A DNA stretch of 64,000 nt from Octopus vulgaris (lineage: Eukaryota), in contig OX597832.1 in the NCBI GenBank assembly GCA_951406725.2, forward strand, positions 54,126,001 to 54,190,000, written 5' to 3'. The notes under the pieces are model-generated. The model had not been told where the DNA came from. It searched no databases and saw nothing but the letters and a program-made list of their open reading frames with translations. Below, piece after piece: positions 41,325-55,964 of this stretch (positions within the stretch are counted from its first letter, which is position 1; every line of letters starts with the position of its first letter). The translations under genes were made by a program, and so were the position numbers.

Positions 41325-42544
41325 TTACATGGAACACAAAACACAAAGAAAAAAGGTCTTATGTAAAGTCTTATCTCGACGGTTGTTTCGTGAAGGCCAT
41401 AACTCAGGTGGTAGCCGCATTCATAAGTAATATTCGCTTGACGTTATAGGTGTATGTCACACAATAACTTCCAGTGAAATTGTTAAAGCCAATTAGGTGA
41501 CTCTCCTCGAGGGACGGAAGGCGAAAGCCATATATGTATGGGCTATTTTTTAAGCCTAGTACTTATTCTGTCGGTCTTTTTTTTCTGCCGAACCGCTAGC
41601 TCACAAGGATGGAAACACAAGAATACCGGTTGTCAAGCGGTGATGAGGGGACAAACAGACGGGATGACACACACAGATGGGAACCCCTCCCCACTCCCCA
41701 CTTCCACCCCCACACGACAGGCTTGAGGGGACAAACACAGACGGGATGACACACACACAGATGGGAACCCCTCCCCACTCCCCACTCCCACCCCCACACG
41801 ACAGGCTTCTTTCAGTTTCTGTCTACCAAATTCACTCTCAAGGCTTTGGTCAGCCCAGCCCGAGGTGCCATGCTTCGTAACGTAGCGTTTCAGCAAAACA
41901 GATTGATAGAATAAGTACCACACTCGAACAAAAAAATAAAATAAAAAAAATTAAAAAAAGAGGTACTGGGATCGATTTTGTTCGACAAAAACCCATGAAG
42001 GCGGTACTCCAGCATGGCCGCAATCTAAGGACTGAAACAAGCAAAAGATTGGACTGAAATCTGATTTATGATTGAACGAACGAAAGAAACTTCACTGCAA
42101 AAATGATGGAGAGAGTCCAGCCTCTGGCACCTCGTATCTATAAACGGAAGCGATAAGCTCCAGGTTGCTTAGAGACAGAATTATCATAACTGCCAGCTAC
42201 ATAAAAATTCTCACTCTGTCTTATTTAACAATCTTGACCAAGCCATCGATCTTTTATGTTGTTTGATCAATATTGGAACACACATACATAGCGCAATGGA
42301 TTCCTGGTTACCAACCAGACTACGAGTATTCTCAACTGGTAAGGATTATTATTGCCGAAACGTTCGTATATTTTTATGAGCAGAAAAGAAAAAAGGAAGT
42401 TAGATTGGTTGCTATTGCAGCAGTATGGGATTGTAGACTCTCACAGCTTGACTGTTTGTCCGTCAGTCCGTTCGTCTGCCCGTCTGTCAGTTTGTTTGTC
42501 TGTCTGTTTGTCTATCAGTTTGTCTTCTGTCGGTCTGACTGTCC

Positions 42545-42599
<55 letters not shown>

Positions 42600-42749
42600 A
42601 ATATCTGTGTCCGTGTGCACGTGTACACATACACTTACACACACATACACACACATATACACATTTATATATACATTTGTTTCACACATACACACACACA
42701 CATACACATTTATATATACATTTGTTTCACACACACAGACACACACACA

Positions 42750-42816
<67 letters not shown>

Positions 42817-43552
42817 GCACACACACACACACACACACACTAATACAGGCAGGTATATATATAAACATGTCGAACAGGCAAATAGCTAGCTAGCTATCCA
42901 CTCGTTGCATTGTCTATTTGTACGTGCGTCTGTTGATTTATGTACGCAAAAGGGATGGCTGCCTGTTCCATTATGACCTGACATTATTGATTGCAGTACG
43001 TTTCCTCAGAGTAAAACGATATGAAAACGAATAATTTCCAGAATTATCCCACACGTAACATCGGTAGAAATGTACTTTTATTACACAGTTCCGCAAAACG
43101 CAACATTATGATATTAATTTCTGGCCAAAGTATTGAACGAAGTCGTGTGTGCGTGTGGTCCGACATTGCTCGTCTGGTATCAGATTTTAGCAGCCGATCG
43201 ACTATATTAGATTGTAAGCCATAGTTACAGCTTTTTGTTCGTAGATGTGAGCTAAAAATTTCAGTGATAAGTTTGCTTCCGCGCCATATGGCTCCAAGTT
43301 CGGTCCCAAGTTCAGTGTCTTCTGCTATAGCCCCGGGCTGACCGAAATCTTGAGAATGGATTTGGTAGCTGCCGTGCATATATCTTAATAAGCGCAGGCG
43401 TGACCGTGCGGTAAGACGTTTGCTTCTCAACCACATCGTTCCAGGTTTAGCTACACGGCGCGATACCTTGGGCAAGTATCTTCTACTATAGCTTCTGACC
43501 GACCAAAGCCTTATGAGTGGTATTGGCAGAAGGAAACTGAATGAAGCCCGTT

Positions 43553-43588
<36 letters not shown>

Positions 43589-44470
43589 CTTTTATGTTCT
43601 TTTACTTGTTTCAGTCATTTGACTGCGGCCATGCTGGAGCACCGCCTTTAGTCGAGCAAATCGACCCCAGAACTTTTTCTTTGTAAGCCTAGTACTTATC
43701 TCATCAGTCTCTTTTGCCGAACCGCTAAGTTACGGGGACATAAACACACCAGCACCGGTTGTCAAGCGATGTTGGGAGGACAAACACAGACACACAAACA
43801 TACACACACACATAGATATACATAAATATATACATATACACGACGGGCTTCTTCCAGTTTTCGTCTACCAAATCCCCTCACAAGGCTTTGGTCGGCCCGA
43901 GGCTATAGTAGAAGACACTTGCCCAAGGTGCCACGCAGTGGGGCTGAATCCCAAGCTACTTACCACACAGCCACTCATACGCCTATATATATATACATAA
44001 TTGTTAGAAATAAGAGCTAAAATGTTCTAGTGCTGTAGTCAAAGTGCATAATTGTTATACAAATACAGACAAGGTCTGTCTGTATATATTTATACAATTA
44101 TGTGCTTTAACAACAACATTAGACCATTTTAGATCATTCTAGATCTTATTTCTAAGCAATCTAGGTGTTTCTAACACCTTAGCCACATTTAGTGACAGCT
44201 ATAGTTTTCCTTTTTGGTAATACATTGCAAACTGCTGTCTATTTTACTTCTAAAGCTCTTAGCTTAGTTTTTTCTTAGGGCTGGCCAGATTGGAGCGATC
44301 TCAAGATTAATCAGCCGAAATTGCGAGGATGATTCGGTTCTTGACTGAAGATTAAAGGCATCGAATGACCCGTCCGTGTTTTTTGCATCGTCTATCTGGA
44401 TGTTTTGCGTTCTTGTCCCATTTTGGATGTTTTGCGTTCTTGTCCCATTTTTTATTTTTATATATATATG

Positions 44471-44520
<50 letters not shown>

Positions 44521-44673
44521 CAGTAAATGGTGGGATTGTGTTGACCACACGTGGAGAAATGATAGGCAAGGAAAAATTATACAAAGGCAGAATGCTAAAT
44601 TGAAGGTAAATTTTAATGAAAATGGGTGTATGGAAAATGTTTAAAAATTAAAAATATATATATATAAATTCAA

Positions 44674-44726
<53 letters not shown>

Positions 44727-44732
<6 letters not shown>

Positions 44733-45580
44733 GGGTAGAAAGAAACTAGGCATTAGAAATAGCTCATAGAATTTTTAGTATCAGTAAAGTCATGACGAAA
44801 GTATTTTTTAAATAGACAACACTTGATGTGGATTTCTTATTTTCTTATTTCTTACTTTCCAGATGGTCGGTCGTTTGACTGTTCAGGAGCGAGCTAAGAA
44901 AACAGCACGCTATGAAGTGTGGAATTCCATTGCTTTGGTTCAGAGATGATGGCATGCATGGAAAGGTATCGATGCAACACTGCGTCTGGAGAGAATTAAA
45001 AAGTTGTCATGCAAAGCTGATGACCACGGCTCTGTGAACGATGGAAGAAGTGGCCGTCTAACCAAATCCCGATCTGCCGAGAACACGGCAACAGTGCAGG
45101 AAATGTTTAATAGCAGCCTGCAAAAAATTAACACGCCAGGCAGCTCGTGAAAGTGGACTAACAAGACACACAATACGAATGGTGTGGCAAAAAGAATTAA
45201 AATTTCGTCCGTGGAAACCTCATTACGTGCAGGAACTAAAACCCTGAAGACTGTGACCGCAAAAGTCCTGAAGTCCAGAACTCCAAGAAGTCCAGATCTC
45301 ACTCTATGTGAGGAGGTGTACAAGACAAAACCTCGTACACTGGAGGACTTGGAGACACGGATTCAGGAGGTTCTCAATGATATCCCAGACGATGTTCTTC
45401 ACAAGGTTGTCCATTCCGTCCCTGGCCGTTTGAGGAAACTGGTTGACGTCACTGGTGCTTGTGTTGCAATATGAAGATTTACTTCCATTTTCCCATGTAT
45501 CATTTGTTTCAATAAACTTGTAAAAGAAATATGGATCTTATTACCAATTTTTAATGCCTACTTACTTTTCACCCACTCTG
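44727..45580 (+). mobile_element. Deleted Tc1/mariner-superfamily element (maT/rosa-like transposase remnant)
   Basis: Degenerate TIRs GGGTGGGTAGAAAG..TAGGCATTA / TAATGCCTA..CTTTTCACCCACTCTG; PRSPDLT...YKTKPRTLEDLETRIQE. The right TIR is repeated at about 45914-45950. Confidence 0.75.
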
Positions 45581-45585
45581 TGTGT

Positions 45586-45687
<102 letters not shown>

Positions 45688-45712
45688 TATATACGTGTAT
45701 GTATATATGTGT

Positions 45713-45757
<45 letters not shown>

Positions 45758-45773
45758 TACATACACGTATATA

Positions 45774-45826
<53 letters not shown>

Positions 45827-45842
45827 TACATACACGTATATA

Positions 45843-45913
<71 letters not shown>

Positions 45914-46474
45914 CCAATTTTTAATGTCTACTTACTTTTCACCCACTCTGTGTATATATATATATATATACATATATCGACGAGTATATATATATGACAC
46001 TAATCACTAAAATTAATTATTAATCACGATAAAAGTATTAAGGAAGAGAATTACTCTTACTAATTCTCCTCTTCACCGGACATTTCAAGTTAATTATACG
46101 ATTATGGTGTAACAATGCTAACTATGACACATTTTGAACTTTTCCTCTGTTTACGAGACATACTTCGAATAAATATGCTCGTAACATAAGTTTCTTTGAC
46201 GTAGATTGAATTTCCTGCTCGCTTCAGAAAACAACAACAATTTTTTCTCTGTTTACGCCCAAAACGGGAAGAAGAAAAATCGAAAATTGAAATAATTTGT
46301 GAGTAGTTACGTCTGAATTGTTAAAGAATTTTTCACGGAAACTCCTTCTGGGAATATGCGAAAAATGTCCGTTTTCCGAGAGTGGGCAACAGAATAAAAT
46401 ACGGCCGTGAGAAAGAAATCCACCGTTTCCTATAATAAGTTGATCTTGAAAATACACTTCCGGTCAACCTTCCT

Positions 46475-46506
<32 letters not shown>

Positions 46507-47033
46507 TCTCTTACTGTTGTTTCTGTGTATACGTCCTTTGAGTCATTGCAACTGACTTACGTGGTCTTACACCAAGTCCTTTGATTTCATCCGAAGATAG
46601 GATCTCACTCTTAGGTTTTCCGGTTCGCTATCGCCCACCCTCTGCCCGCAAAAATAGGATGTTTCACTAAAGACGTAACTGAATCTAAAGGATATCCAGT
46701 TTTGGAATATTCAGAATGATAAAAAAAATAAAAAGCCAAACAAACAAAAAAGAAAGATGTGTGAGAAATATCGCATTTTCCGGCCTGCAAGAAGAATATT
46801 TCAAATCAAAATTAACTGCCCAAAAAAGGTGGGTTGACTTTGACAACTTGGAGGACCAAAAATTCCGTGTGGAATGCAGCAGGATTTGGAAAGATGGTGA
46901 CAATGTTTGAATGTTTGCACTAGATACACTATGTATTATGTGACTTGTAAACCGGAAAATACGGTATTGGATTGTAAGATAAATTCGTTCGTTTTCCTTT
47001 CTTTTTTTTTCTGCTTGGTACTCCATCGTCGTA

Positions 47034-47277
47034 CAGGGGTGGGCAAAAGTGGGTATATAGTTGCTTAATATGAGTTGAGTGTTCTTAGAATTCTTATCTT
47101 GAAAAAGAAATAGGCGCAGGAGTGACTGTGTGGTAAGTAGCTTGCTAACCAACCACATGGTTCCGGGTTCAGTCCCACTGCGTGGCATCTTGGGCAAGTG
47201 TCTTCTGCTATAGCCTCGGGCCGACCAAAGCCTTGTGAGTGGATTTGGTAGACGGAAACTGAAAGAAGCCCGTTGTA

Positions 47278-47348
<71 letters not shown>

Positions 47349-47632
47349 TTGTGTGTCTGTGTTTGTCCCTCTAGCATTGCTTGATAACCGGTGCTGGTGT
47401 GTTTACGTCCCCGTCACTTAGCGGTTCGGCAAAAGAGACCGATAGAATAAGTACTGGGCTTACAAAGAATAAGTCCCGGGGTCGATTTGCTCGACTAAAG
47501 GCGGTGCTCTAGCATGGCCGCAGTCAAATGACTGAAACAAGTAAAAGAGTAAAAGAAAGAGTAAAGAGTAAATGAAAAGAACATTCCACTCATATTATTA
47601 AGCATCTGTATACCTACTTTTGCTCACCCCAG
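47034..47632. mobile_element. Tc1/mariner-type MITE carrying a nested full-length SINE
   Basis: TIRs CAGGGGTGGGCAAAAGTGGGTATA / TATACCTACTTTTGCTCACCCCAG with flanking TA. Confidence 0.8.
47113..47570 (+). mobile_element. SINE family A, full length (tRNA-like head, central (TA)n(TG)n, (GTAAAAGA)n tail); more than 15 full or partial copies in the window, e.g. 7866-8755(-), 14450-15105(-), 16290-16680(-), 23367-23778(+), 28183-28535(+), 34140-34515(-), 43590-43985(-), 53150-53560(+)
   Basis: A-box-like TGGCTGTGTGG and B-box-like GGTTCAGTCCC; the same body recurs across the window in both orientations. Confidence 0.9.
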
Positions 47633-47870
47633 TATGCCTGAAAAGAGGTAAAATTTATTCAAATTGCAAAAGCGATGAACAAAAATTGTAGCGGAAGAAT
47701 GGAGCTACAAAAAAAAAAAATAATAACCCATGAAACACTACGAGAAAATATCTTTAATTTAAATTCAAATAACATTGAAAAGAATTAAAATAAAAAAAAA
47801 ATTAAAAGAAGAATGGAAAAAGCTAGCGAATTCATCTGACAACGTCCTTCAAAAGGTGGATGAAAATATA

Positions 47871-48647
47871 CCATATTTGATGACCTATAAGACGCCCTTT
47901 TTTTTTAACCCCAAAATGGCGTTGAAAATTCCCCAGCGTCCAATGCACTCAACGTTGGCTCAAAACTCGCGTCTGTTGGCCGAAATTATACATCAGAGGT
48001 CACATAGATGTAGCCTAGTAGCCTAGCCTACTGTATGTTTATATAGAATAAGGCGGCGAGCTGGCAGAAACGTTAGCACGCAGGGCGAAATGCATAGCCG
48101 TATATCGTCTGCCGTTACGTTCTGAGTTCAAATTCCGCCGAGGTCGACTTTGCCTTTCATCCTTTCGGGGTCGATAAATTAAGTACCAGTTAAGCACTGG
48201 GGTCGATATAATCGACTTAACCCGTTTGTCTGTCCTTGTTTGTCCCCTCTGTGTTTAGCCCCTTGCGGGTAGTAAAGAAATAGGTATTTCGGCTGCCGTT
48301 ACGTTCTGAGTTCAAATTCCGCCGAGGTCGACTTTGCCTTTCATCCTTTCGGGGTCGATAAATTAAGTACCAGTTACGCACTGGGGTCGATGTAATCGAC
48401 TTAATACCTATGTCTGTCCTTGTTTGTCCCCTCTATGTTTAGCCCCTTGTGAGTAATAAAGAAATAGGTATGTTTGTATAGAATGTGGATGCAATAAATT
48501 GCTTATAAATTCCGGTAATAACATGAAGTTATGCAGGTAAGTGGAGGAATTAAAACATCATTTTAGTGGTAATTTATTTTACAAAAGTATAGCCTAGACT
48601 AGGGTGCATCCTATGCACTCGTGCGTCTTATAGGCCATCAAATACGG
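47871..48647. mobile_element. pogo/Tigger-like MITE with nested SINE-B dimer
   Basis: TIRs CCATATTTGATGACCTATAAGACGC / GCGTCTTATAGGCCATCAAATACGG with flanking TA. The SINE dimer at 48051-48470 is flanked by TATGTTTRTATAGAAT. Confidence 0.8.
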
Positions 48648-49198
48648 TACTTAATTCCTGAAATTGTTTCTAAGATTTTGGGAGTGGAATTTGGTAGAGG
48701 AAAACTTAGCGAAAAGCCGGTAGAGGGGTCGCTTCTGTTAATGAAGTGGCCGACTTTATCCGTTGGCTTCTTTAATGTCAGCACTTGGCCCTTGGTTGCT
48801 ATCAGTGGAGTTCATCCCGCTGCAAGCATTGGGGACTTGTTTCTCTTTTTCCAATCAGTCACGCAAGCCCCATAAAAAAGTCATGGGTGATACTCTTCCA
48901 CCTCTGACTGAGACATTACACATATAATCCAGGAATATATAAATTAGTGCACAAGTAAATCTGCGCACGCACAATACTTTTGCAAGAAGAATAATGACAG
49001 TGACCTCGCAGTTTGAGTCTCCTAGCCTTTGTCGAACGGTCCGATGAACCAAACTTCGAAGTCACTGTGGCTACTCTACTTGGGAAAAGAATAATAAATG
49101 ACCACTCTACACAAAGTGTTGAGCACTTTTTCAGTTTAATGTAAATTGTTTTTATTAGAACGCGACATAAAGACAGTAATATGTGTGTTTCTATGTAA

Positions 49199-49229
<31 letters not shown>

Positions 49230-49626
49230 TGTATGTATGTATGTATGTATGTATGTATGTATGTATGTATGTATGTATATGTATATGTATGTGTGTATGT
49301 GTGTGTGTGCGCGTGTATAATTATGTACGTATATATATATGTGTGTGTGTGTGTAAATATGTATGATATATGTGTGTGTGTGTGTAAATATGTATGATAT
49401 ATGTGTGTGTGTGTGTAAATATGTATGATATATGTGGGTGTGTGTAAATATGTATGTATGTATATATATATGTGTGTGTGTGTGTGTGTAAATATGTACG
49501 TATATATATATGTGTGTGTGTAAATATGTATGTATATATATATGTGTGTGCGCGTGTGTAAATATGTATGTATATATATGTGTGTGTGTGTATGCATATG
49601 TATGTATATATCTGTATACATGTATA

Positions 49627-49688
<62 letters not shown>

Positions 49689-49929
49689 CATTTATATGTG
49701 GGGGTGTGTATATATATAAATAGAAGGGGAGATAGTGACGACTATTTCCTTGCGTATTGAAAAAATAGATGCTTTAATGAAATATCTATAATTAAATATC
49801 TATAATTAAAATATATGTATATTTGAATTTGCCGCCAGGCAGAAGCATGTTGAAACTTGATAAGGAAGTTTAGCTTTCTTTCACTCTTGTTTTGAAATAA
49901 TGTTATATGTGTATATATGTGTGTGTGTA

Positions 49930-50031
<102 letters not shown>

Positions 50032-50242
50032 TGTATGTACATATATATATATATGTATGTATATGTATGTATGTATGGATCCGTGCATGTAGCTCCCAAT
50101 AAATTGGTTGAATGCCCTTCTTTCGTTTGTTCACTCACCCGTATATACATACATACATACATACATACATACATACATACATACATACATACATACACAC
50201 ATACATGCATGCATACGTATATACATACATACATACATACAT

Positions 50243-50273
<31 letters not shown>

Positions 50274-50486
50274 TATATATATAAAGTTATTTGGGGAACA
50301 AGGCGTATCACGTAACGCTATAAATAACGAGCATGTAAATAATGGTTCTCGAATCTACATCTCCCCGTATTTTCATGGCATCATTTATAGTTCTATGCGA
50401 CGTGCCTCAAGGGTCAATGTTCTCAAAAAGAATTATTTCAGGTTTGTCTCAAAAGTTTATAAAACTCTAATGACGTCCACATTTAT

Positions 50487-50573
<87 letters not shown>

Positions 50574-50576
50574 TAT

Positions 50577-50612
<36 letters not shown>

Positions 50613-50655
50613 TCCACCTGCCTTCGTCTTTTGTTTATTTTCGTAAACCTTCCCG

Positions 50656-50714
<59 letters not shown>

Positions 50715-50892
50715 CACACACACACAATCAAATGTGCAAGGAAAAAAAAACACAAGACAGAGAGGGATGATGAAACAGAAGATGAAGAGATGTGATGCAA
50801 AGCAAGTACATTAGTTTGACAATGAGGGAAAATGGAAGAGTCAACGACGTTTCGAGCCAACGCTCTTCGACAGAAAAGAATGAGGGAAAGGA

Positions 50893-50966
<74 letters not shown>

Positions 50967-51460
50967 AAAAGATTGTTTGGATTAATATCTTTTTGACAAT
51001 ATGCAATCTGAGGATTGGTTTGTTTGACAATAAACCTGCATAGATGGAATACTTTGGAGAGAGTCATTTAGGTAACATATTACGAACTGTAGCAAAATAC
51101 AAAGTTACAGAAATATTTGTATTTTTTTTTAACTAATCATAAGAGAGTACATATAAAAAAAACTAAAAGAGATAAAAAGTTATAGAATTTTTTTTCTTAT
51201 CATGACACAATGCATACAAAAAAAAAACACATAAAAGTGTTAAAAAATATAGAAGTGACGTAACAAAGCGTCATGAGGGTGTGGTTGCATTTGCGAGACG
51301 GTGGCGCGCTTTTTGTTAGGTGGGGCGATGGAAATGGCCCTACACTTTTTTGCTTTTTGTTTGAAAGTATTTCACTGCAGCTAGATTTCAGCAAGATAAA
51401 TTCTGGGCTGGGAAGTTACTATAATAAGAAGAGGGGATTTATAACAGGGATTGGGTTTGA

Positions 51461-51778
51461 CATACATACATACATACATACATACATACATACATACACA
51501 CATACATACATACATACATACATACACACATACACACATACATACATACATACATACATACATACATACATACATACATACATGCATGCATGCATACATA
51601 CATACATACATACATACATAAACACACACACACACATACATAATACACATATACATACATACATACATACATATATACATACATACATACATACATACAT
51701 ACATACATACACACATACATAATACACATATACATACATACATACATACATATATACGTACATACACACATACATACA

Positions 51779-51812
<34 letters not shown>

Positions 51813-52193
51813 CATACATACATACATAAACACACACACACATACATAATACACATATACATACATACATACATACACACATACATACATACATACATAC
51901 ATACATACATACATACATACACACATACATACATACATACATACATACATACATACATACATACATACATACATACACACATACATAAACATACACATAC
52001 ATAATACACATATACATACATACATACATACATACATACATACATACATAAACACACACACACATACATAATACACATATACATACATACATACATACAT
52101 AAACACACACACACATACATAATACACATATACATACATACATACATACATAATACACATATACATACATACATACATACATACATACATACA

Positions 52194-52222
<29 letters not shown>
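51461..52222. repeat. (CATA)n compound microsatellite; one of many TA/CA/TAGA/CATA tracts in 29-63 kb
   Basis: Read directly. Confidence 0.95.
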
Positions 52223-52228
<6 letters not shown>

Positions 52229-52402
52229 TTATAAAAAGTGTAGGTGGCATACGAGTGGGTACATATTTATAAAAGCGAAGTTTGAAAACGCCACTTTATA
52301 AGATAAATTTTAATTTTCTTAGAGATTTTACATGTTTCGGTTCTTCTTGAATTAACGAACCTTATCAAAAATATTTTAAAAAGTTAATGGAAAAACCTCT
52401 CT

Positions 52403-52493
52403 AATTGGCTGATGAGTACTCAGCATCTTAAATCTGTTGTAATACTTAGAACATTTAATAAAATGATGTAGTACGAAACGATTGTACCAAATT
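52403..52493 (+). ncRNA. Minimal type-I hammerhead motif with long stem II (copy 1)
   Basis: AATTGG-CTGATGA-GTACT...AGTAC-GAAA-CGATTG-TA^CCAAATT; canonical core. Confidence 0.75.
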
Positions 52494-52615
52494 ACCGGAG
52501 TCATTCTTGTTGCTTATTTTGATTATAATCACCCCAAAAATTTTTATGGATAACACCATACAAAATTCTGGTACATCTAAATTAAGTACCATATTCATTC
52601 GAATCTAACTTTTTG

Positions 52616-52770
<155 letters not shown>

Positions 52771-52899
52771 TAATGACAGCCATTATACTCCCCGCCACAA
52801 AACACCACCACCTGGATTCTGTTGAGACTAGTAAGAACCGAAACATGTAAAATCTCTAAGAAAATTAAAATTTATCTTATATTTATGGAAAACCTCTAT

Positions 52900-52990
52900 A
52901 ATTGGCTGATGAGTACTCAGCATCTTAAATCTGTTGTAATACTTACAACATTTAATAAAATGATGTAGTACGAAACGATTGTACCAAATT
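52900..52990 (+). ncRNA. Minimal type-I hammerhead motif with long stem II (copy 2)
   Basis: Direct repeat of 52403-52493 at +497; stem II includes TTAAAT/ATTTAA and TGTTGTAA/TTACAACA. Confidence 0.75.
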
Positions 52991-53022
52991 ACCGGAGTCA
53001 TTCTTGTTGCTTATTTTGGATA

Positions 53023-53149
<127 letters not shown>

Positions 53150-53837
53150 TGGAGTGGCTGTGTAGTAAGTAGCTTGCTTCCCAACTACGTGGTTTCGGGT
53201 TCGGTCTCACAGCATGGCACTTTGGGCAAGTGTCGTCTACTATAGCCTCGGACAGACCAAAACTTTGAGAGTGGATTTGGCTGACGGAGACTGAAAGAAT
53301 CCCGTCGTATATATATATATATATATATATATTTATGTGTGTCTTTGTGTCTTTGTTTGTCCTCCCACCACCATCGCTTGACAATCGATGTTGGCCTGTT
53401 TACGTCCCCGTAACTTAGCGGTTTAGCAGGAGAGACTGATAGAATAAGTACCAGGCTCACAAAGAATAAGTCCTGGGGTCGATTCCTTCGACTAAAAGGC
53501 GGTGCTCCAGCATGGCCGCAGTCTAATGACTTATACAAGAAAAAGAATAAAAGAATAAAAGAATATATATGTACACGTGTGTAGGTGTGTGTCTATATTT
53601 GTGTGTCATTCCCTCGCTCTCTCTCCCTCTCTTTCTCTATCTCTCTCTCTCCCTCTCTGTCTCCCCCCCCCTCTCTCTCTCTCTCTCTCTTTATAAATGT
53701 GTGTGGTGTGTGTCTATCTCTGCGTATCACTGTTGCTCCCTTTGTCGGGGCTGCGTGGCTGTGTGGTAAGAAGCTTGCTTCCCAACCACATGGTTCCGAG
53801 TTCAGTCCCACAGTATGTTACCTTGCGCAAGTGGGGA

Positions 53838-53934
<97 letters not shown>

Positions 53935-54724
53935 AATCCAAACGGGAAACAAAAAAACAACAACAATGGAACAATTGCAGTATTATTATTAATAGGCGCT
54001 CAGGAAATGGAAGCAGGGAGGTATGACGTTTCGAGCGGAGCTCTTCGTCGGAAACATAAAGAAGGAAGAGAGAGGAAAGAAAGATCCCGGAGCGGGCAAC
54101 GGAGATAGAGAAAAAACGGCTGGTGTTAGGAGTAGCACATGGTGAAATATATATATATATATATATATATATCAGTCCCACAGCATGGCACTTTGCGCAA
54201 GTGTCTTCTTCTATTGCTTCGGGCCGACCAAAGCTTTGTAAGTGGATTTAGTAGACGGAAACTGAAAGAAGCCCGTCGTGTGTGTGTATGTGTCTGTGTT
54301 TCTGTGTTTGTCCATCCACATCGCTTGATAACCGATGCTGGTGTGTTTACGTCCCCGAAACTTAGCGGTTCGGCAGCAGCAACCGTTAGAATATGTACTA
54401 GGCTAACAAAGAATAAGTCCGGGGGGTCGATTCCTTCAACTAAAAGGCGGTTATCAAGCGATGTGGATGGACAAACACAGACACACAGACACATACACAC
54501 ACACGACGAGCTTCTTTCAGTTTCCGTCTACTAAATCCACTTACAAAGCTTTGGTCGGCCCGAAGCAATAGAAGAAGACACTTGCGCAAGGTACCACGCT
54601 GTGGGACTGAACTCGGAACCATGTGGTTGCGAAGCAAGCTTGTTACCACACAGCCATGCAGCCCCGACAAAGGGAGCAACAGTGATACGCAGAGATAGAC
54701 ACACACCACACACATTTATAAAGA

Positions 54725-54765
<41 letters not shown>

Positions 54766-55065
54766 GGAGGGAATGACACACAAATATAGACACACACCTA
54801 CACACGTGCACACCCACACACGTGCACACCCACACACACATATACACATTCCTACTCCGTTCACCCAGCCACACCCACCCTTCAGACAACGCACCCACAC
54901 TTCTCTATCTTTCACTCTCGCGCGCACACACACACACGCATGAACGCACAAACGCACACACACACATAAACGCACATCCACATCTATCCATTCACACACC
55001 CTTCAGACTGCCTCTCCCTCTCCCTGACACACACAAAGACCTACACACACAAACACATACACACA

Positions 55066-55114
<49 letters not shown>

Positions 55115-55226
55115 ATATCTATATTGTTGTATTTCGGGAAGGTCATTATTTTTCCAAATAAACACACGCACTGTATATTTCGTTCTTCACTCGTTTATTA
55201 CTGTTCTTATTCTAACTCATGTCCGT

Positions 55227-55271
55227 TGTCCAGAAATCTTTCGTCACACATCTGTGATCTCCTCAGTGACA
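55227..55271 (-). ncRNA. Hammerhead-like motif in the loop of a long palindrome
   Basis: - strand TGTCA-CTGAGGA-GATCACA gat GTGTGAC-GAAA-GATT-TC^TGGACA. Confidence 0.55.
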
Positions 55272-55444
55272 CTCCGGACAATGGACATGAGTTAGAATAA
55301 GAACAGTAATAAACGAGTGAAGAACGAGTATATAGTGCGTGTGTTTATTTGGCACAAAAAGAAAAAGATGACCGTCCCGAAATACAATATTTATTTCAAC
55401 ACACGACTTCGCATCAAGAATCTTACAACACATAGTTATAAACG

Positions 55445-55515
<71 letters not shown>

Positions 55516-55616
55516 CATACACAAACACCCACGCAAACTCACACACATATAGATGTACTATCTGTGGGCTATGGCTATGGTGGGGTAACGACCATCAAAA
55601 CGACAATAAAATCAGG

Positions 55617-55666
55617 TCCCTATGCCGGAATCGAACCCGTGATGCCTGGGTGAAAGCCAGGAATTC
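55617..55666 (-). pseudogene. 5'-truncated tRNA-Glu(TTC)-like fragment
   Basis: Anticodon arm CCTGG-CTTTCAC-CCAGG and T-loop GGTTCGATTCC; no D arm or 5' acceptor strand. Confidence 0.6.
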
Positions 55667-55964
55667 TATTTGTATATGTATGCATGTATATATATATATA
55701 TATGTGTGTGTGTGTAAGTGTTATTGTGTCTGTGTTTGTCCATCCACCACCGTTTGACAACTGATGCTGGTGTGTTTACATCCCCGTAACGTAGCGGTTC
55801 GACAAAAAGAGACCGATAGAATAAGAACTAGGCTTACATAGAATAAGTCTTGGGGTCGATTTGTTAGACTAAAGGCGGTTCTCCAGCATGGCCGCAGTCA
55901 AATGATTAAAACAAATAAAAATAAAAAACAAGAATAAGAATATATATATATATATATATATATA

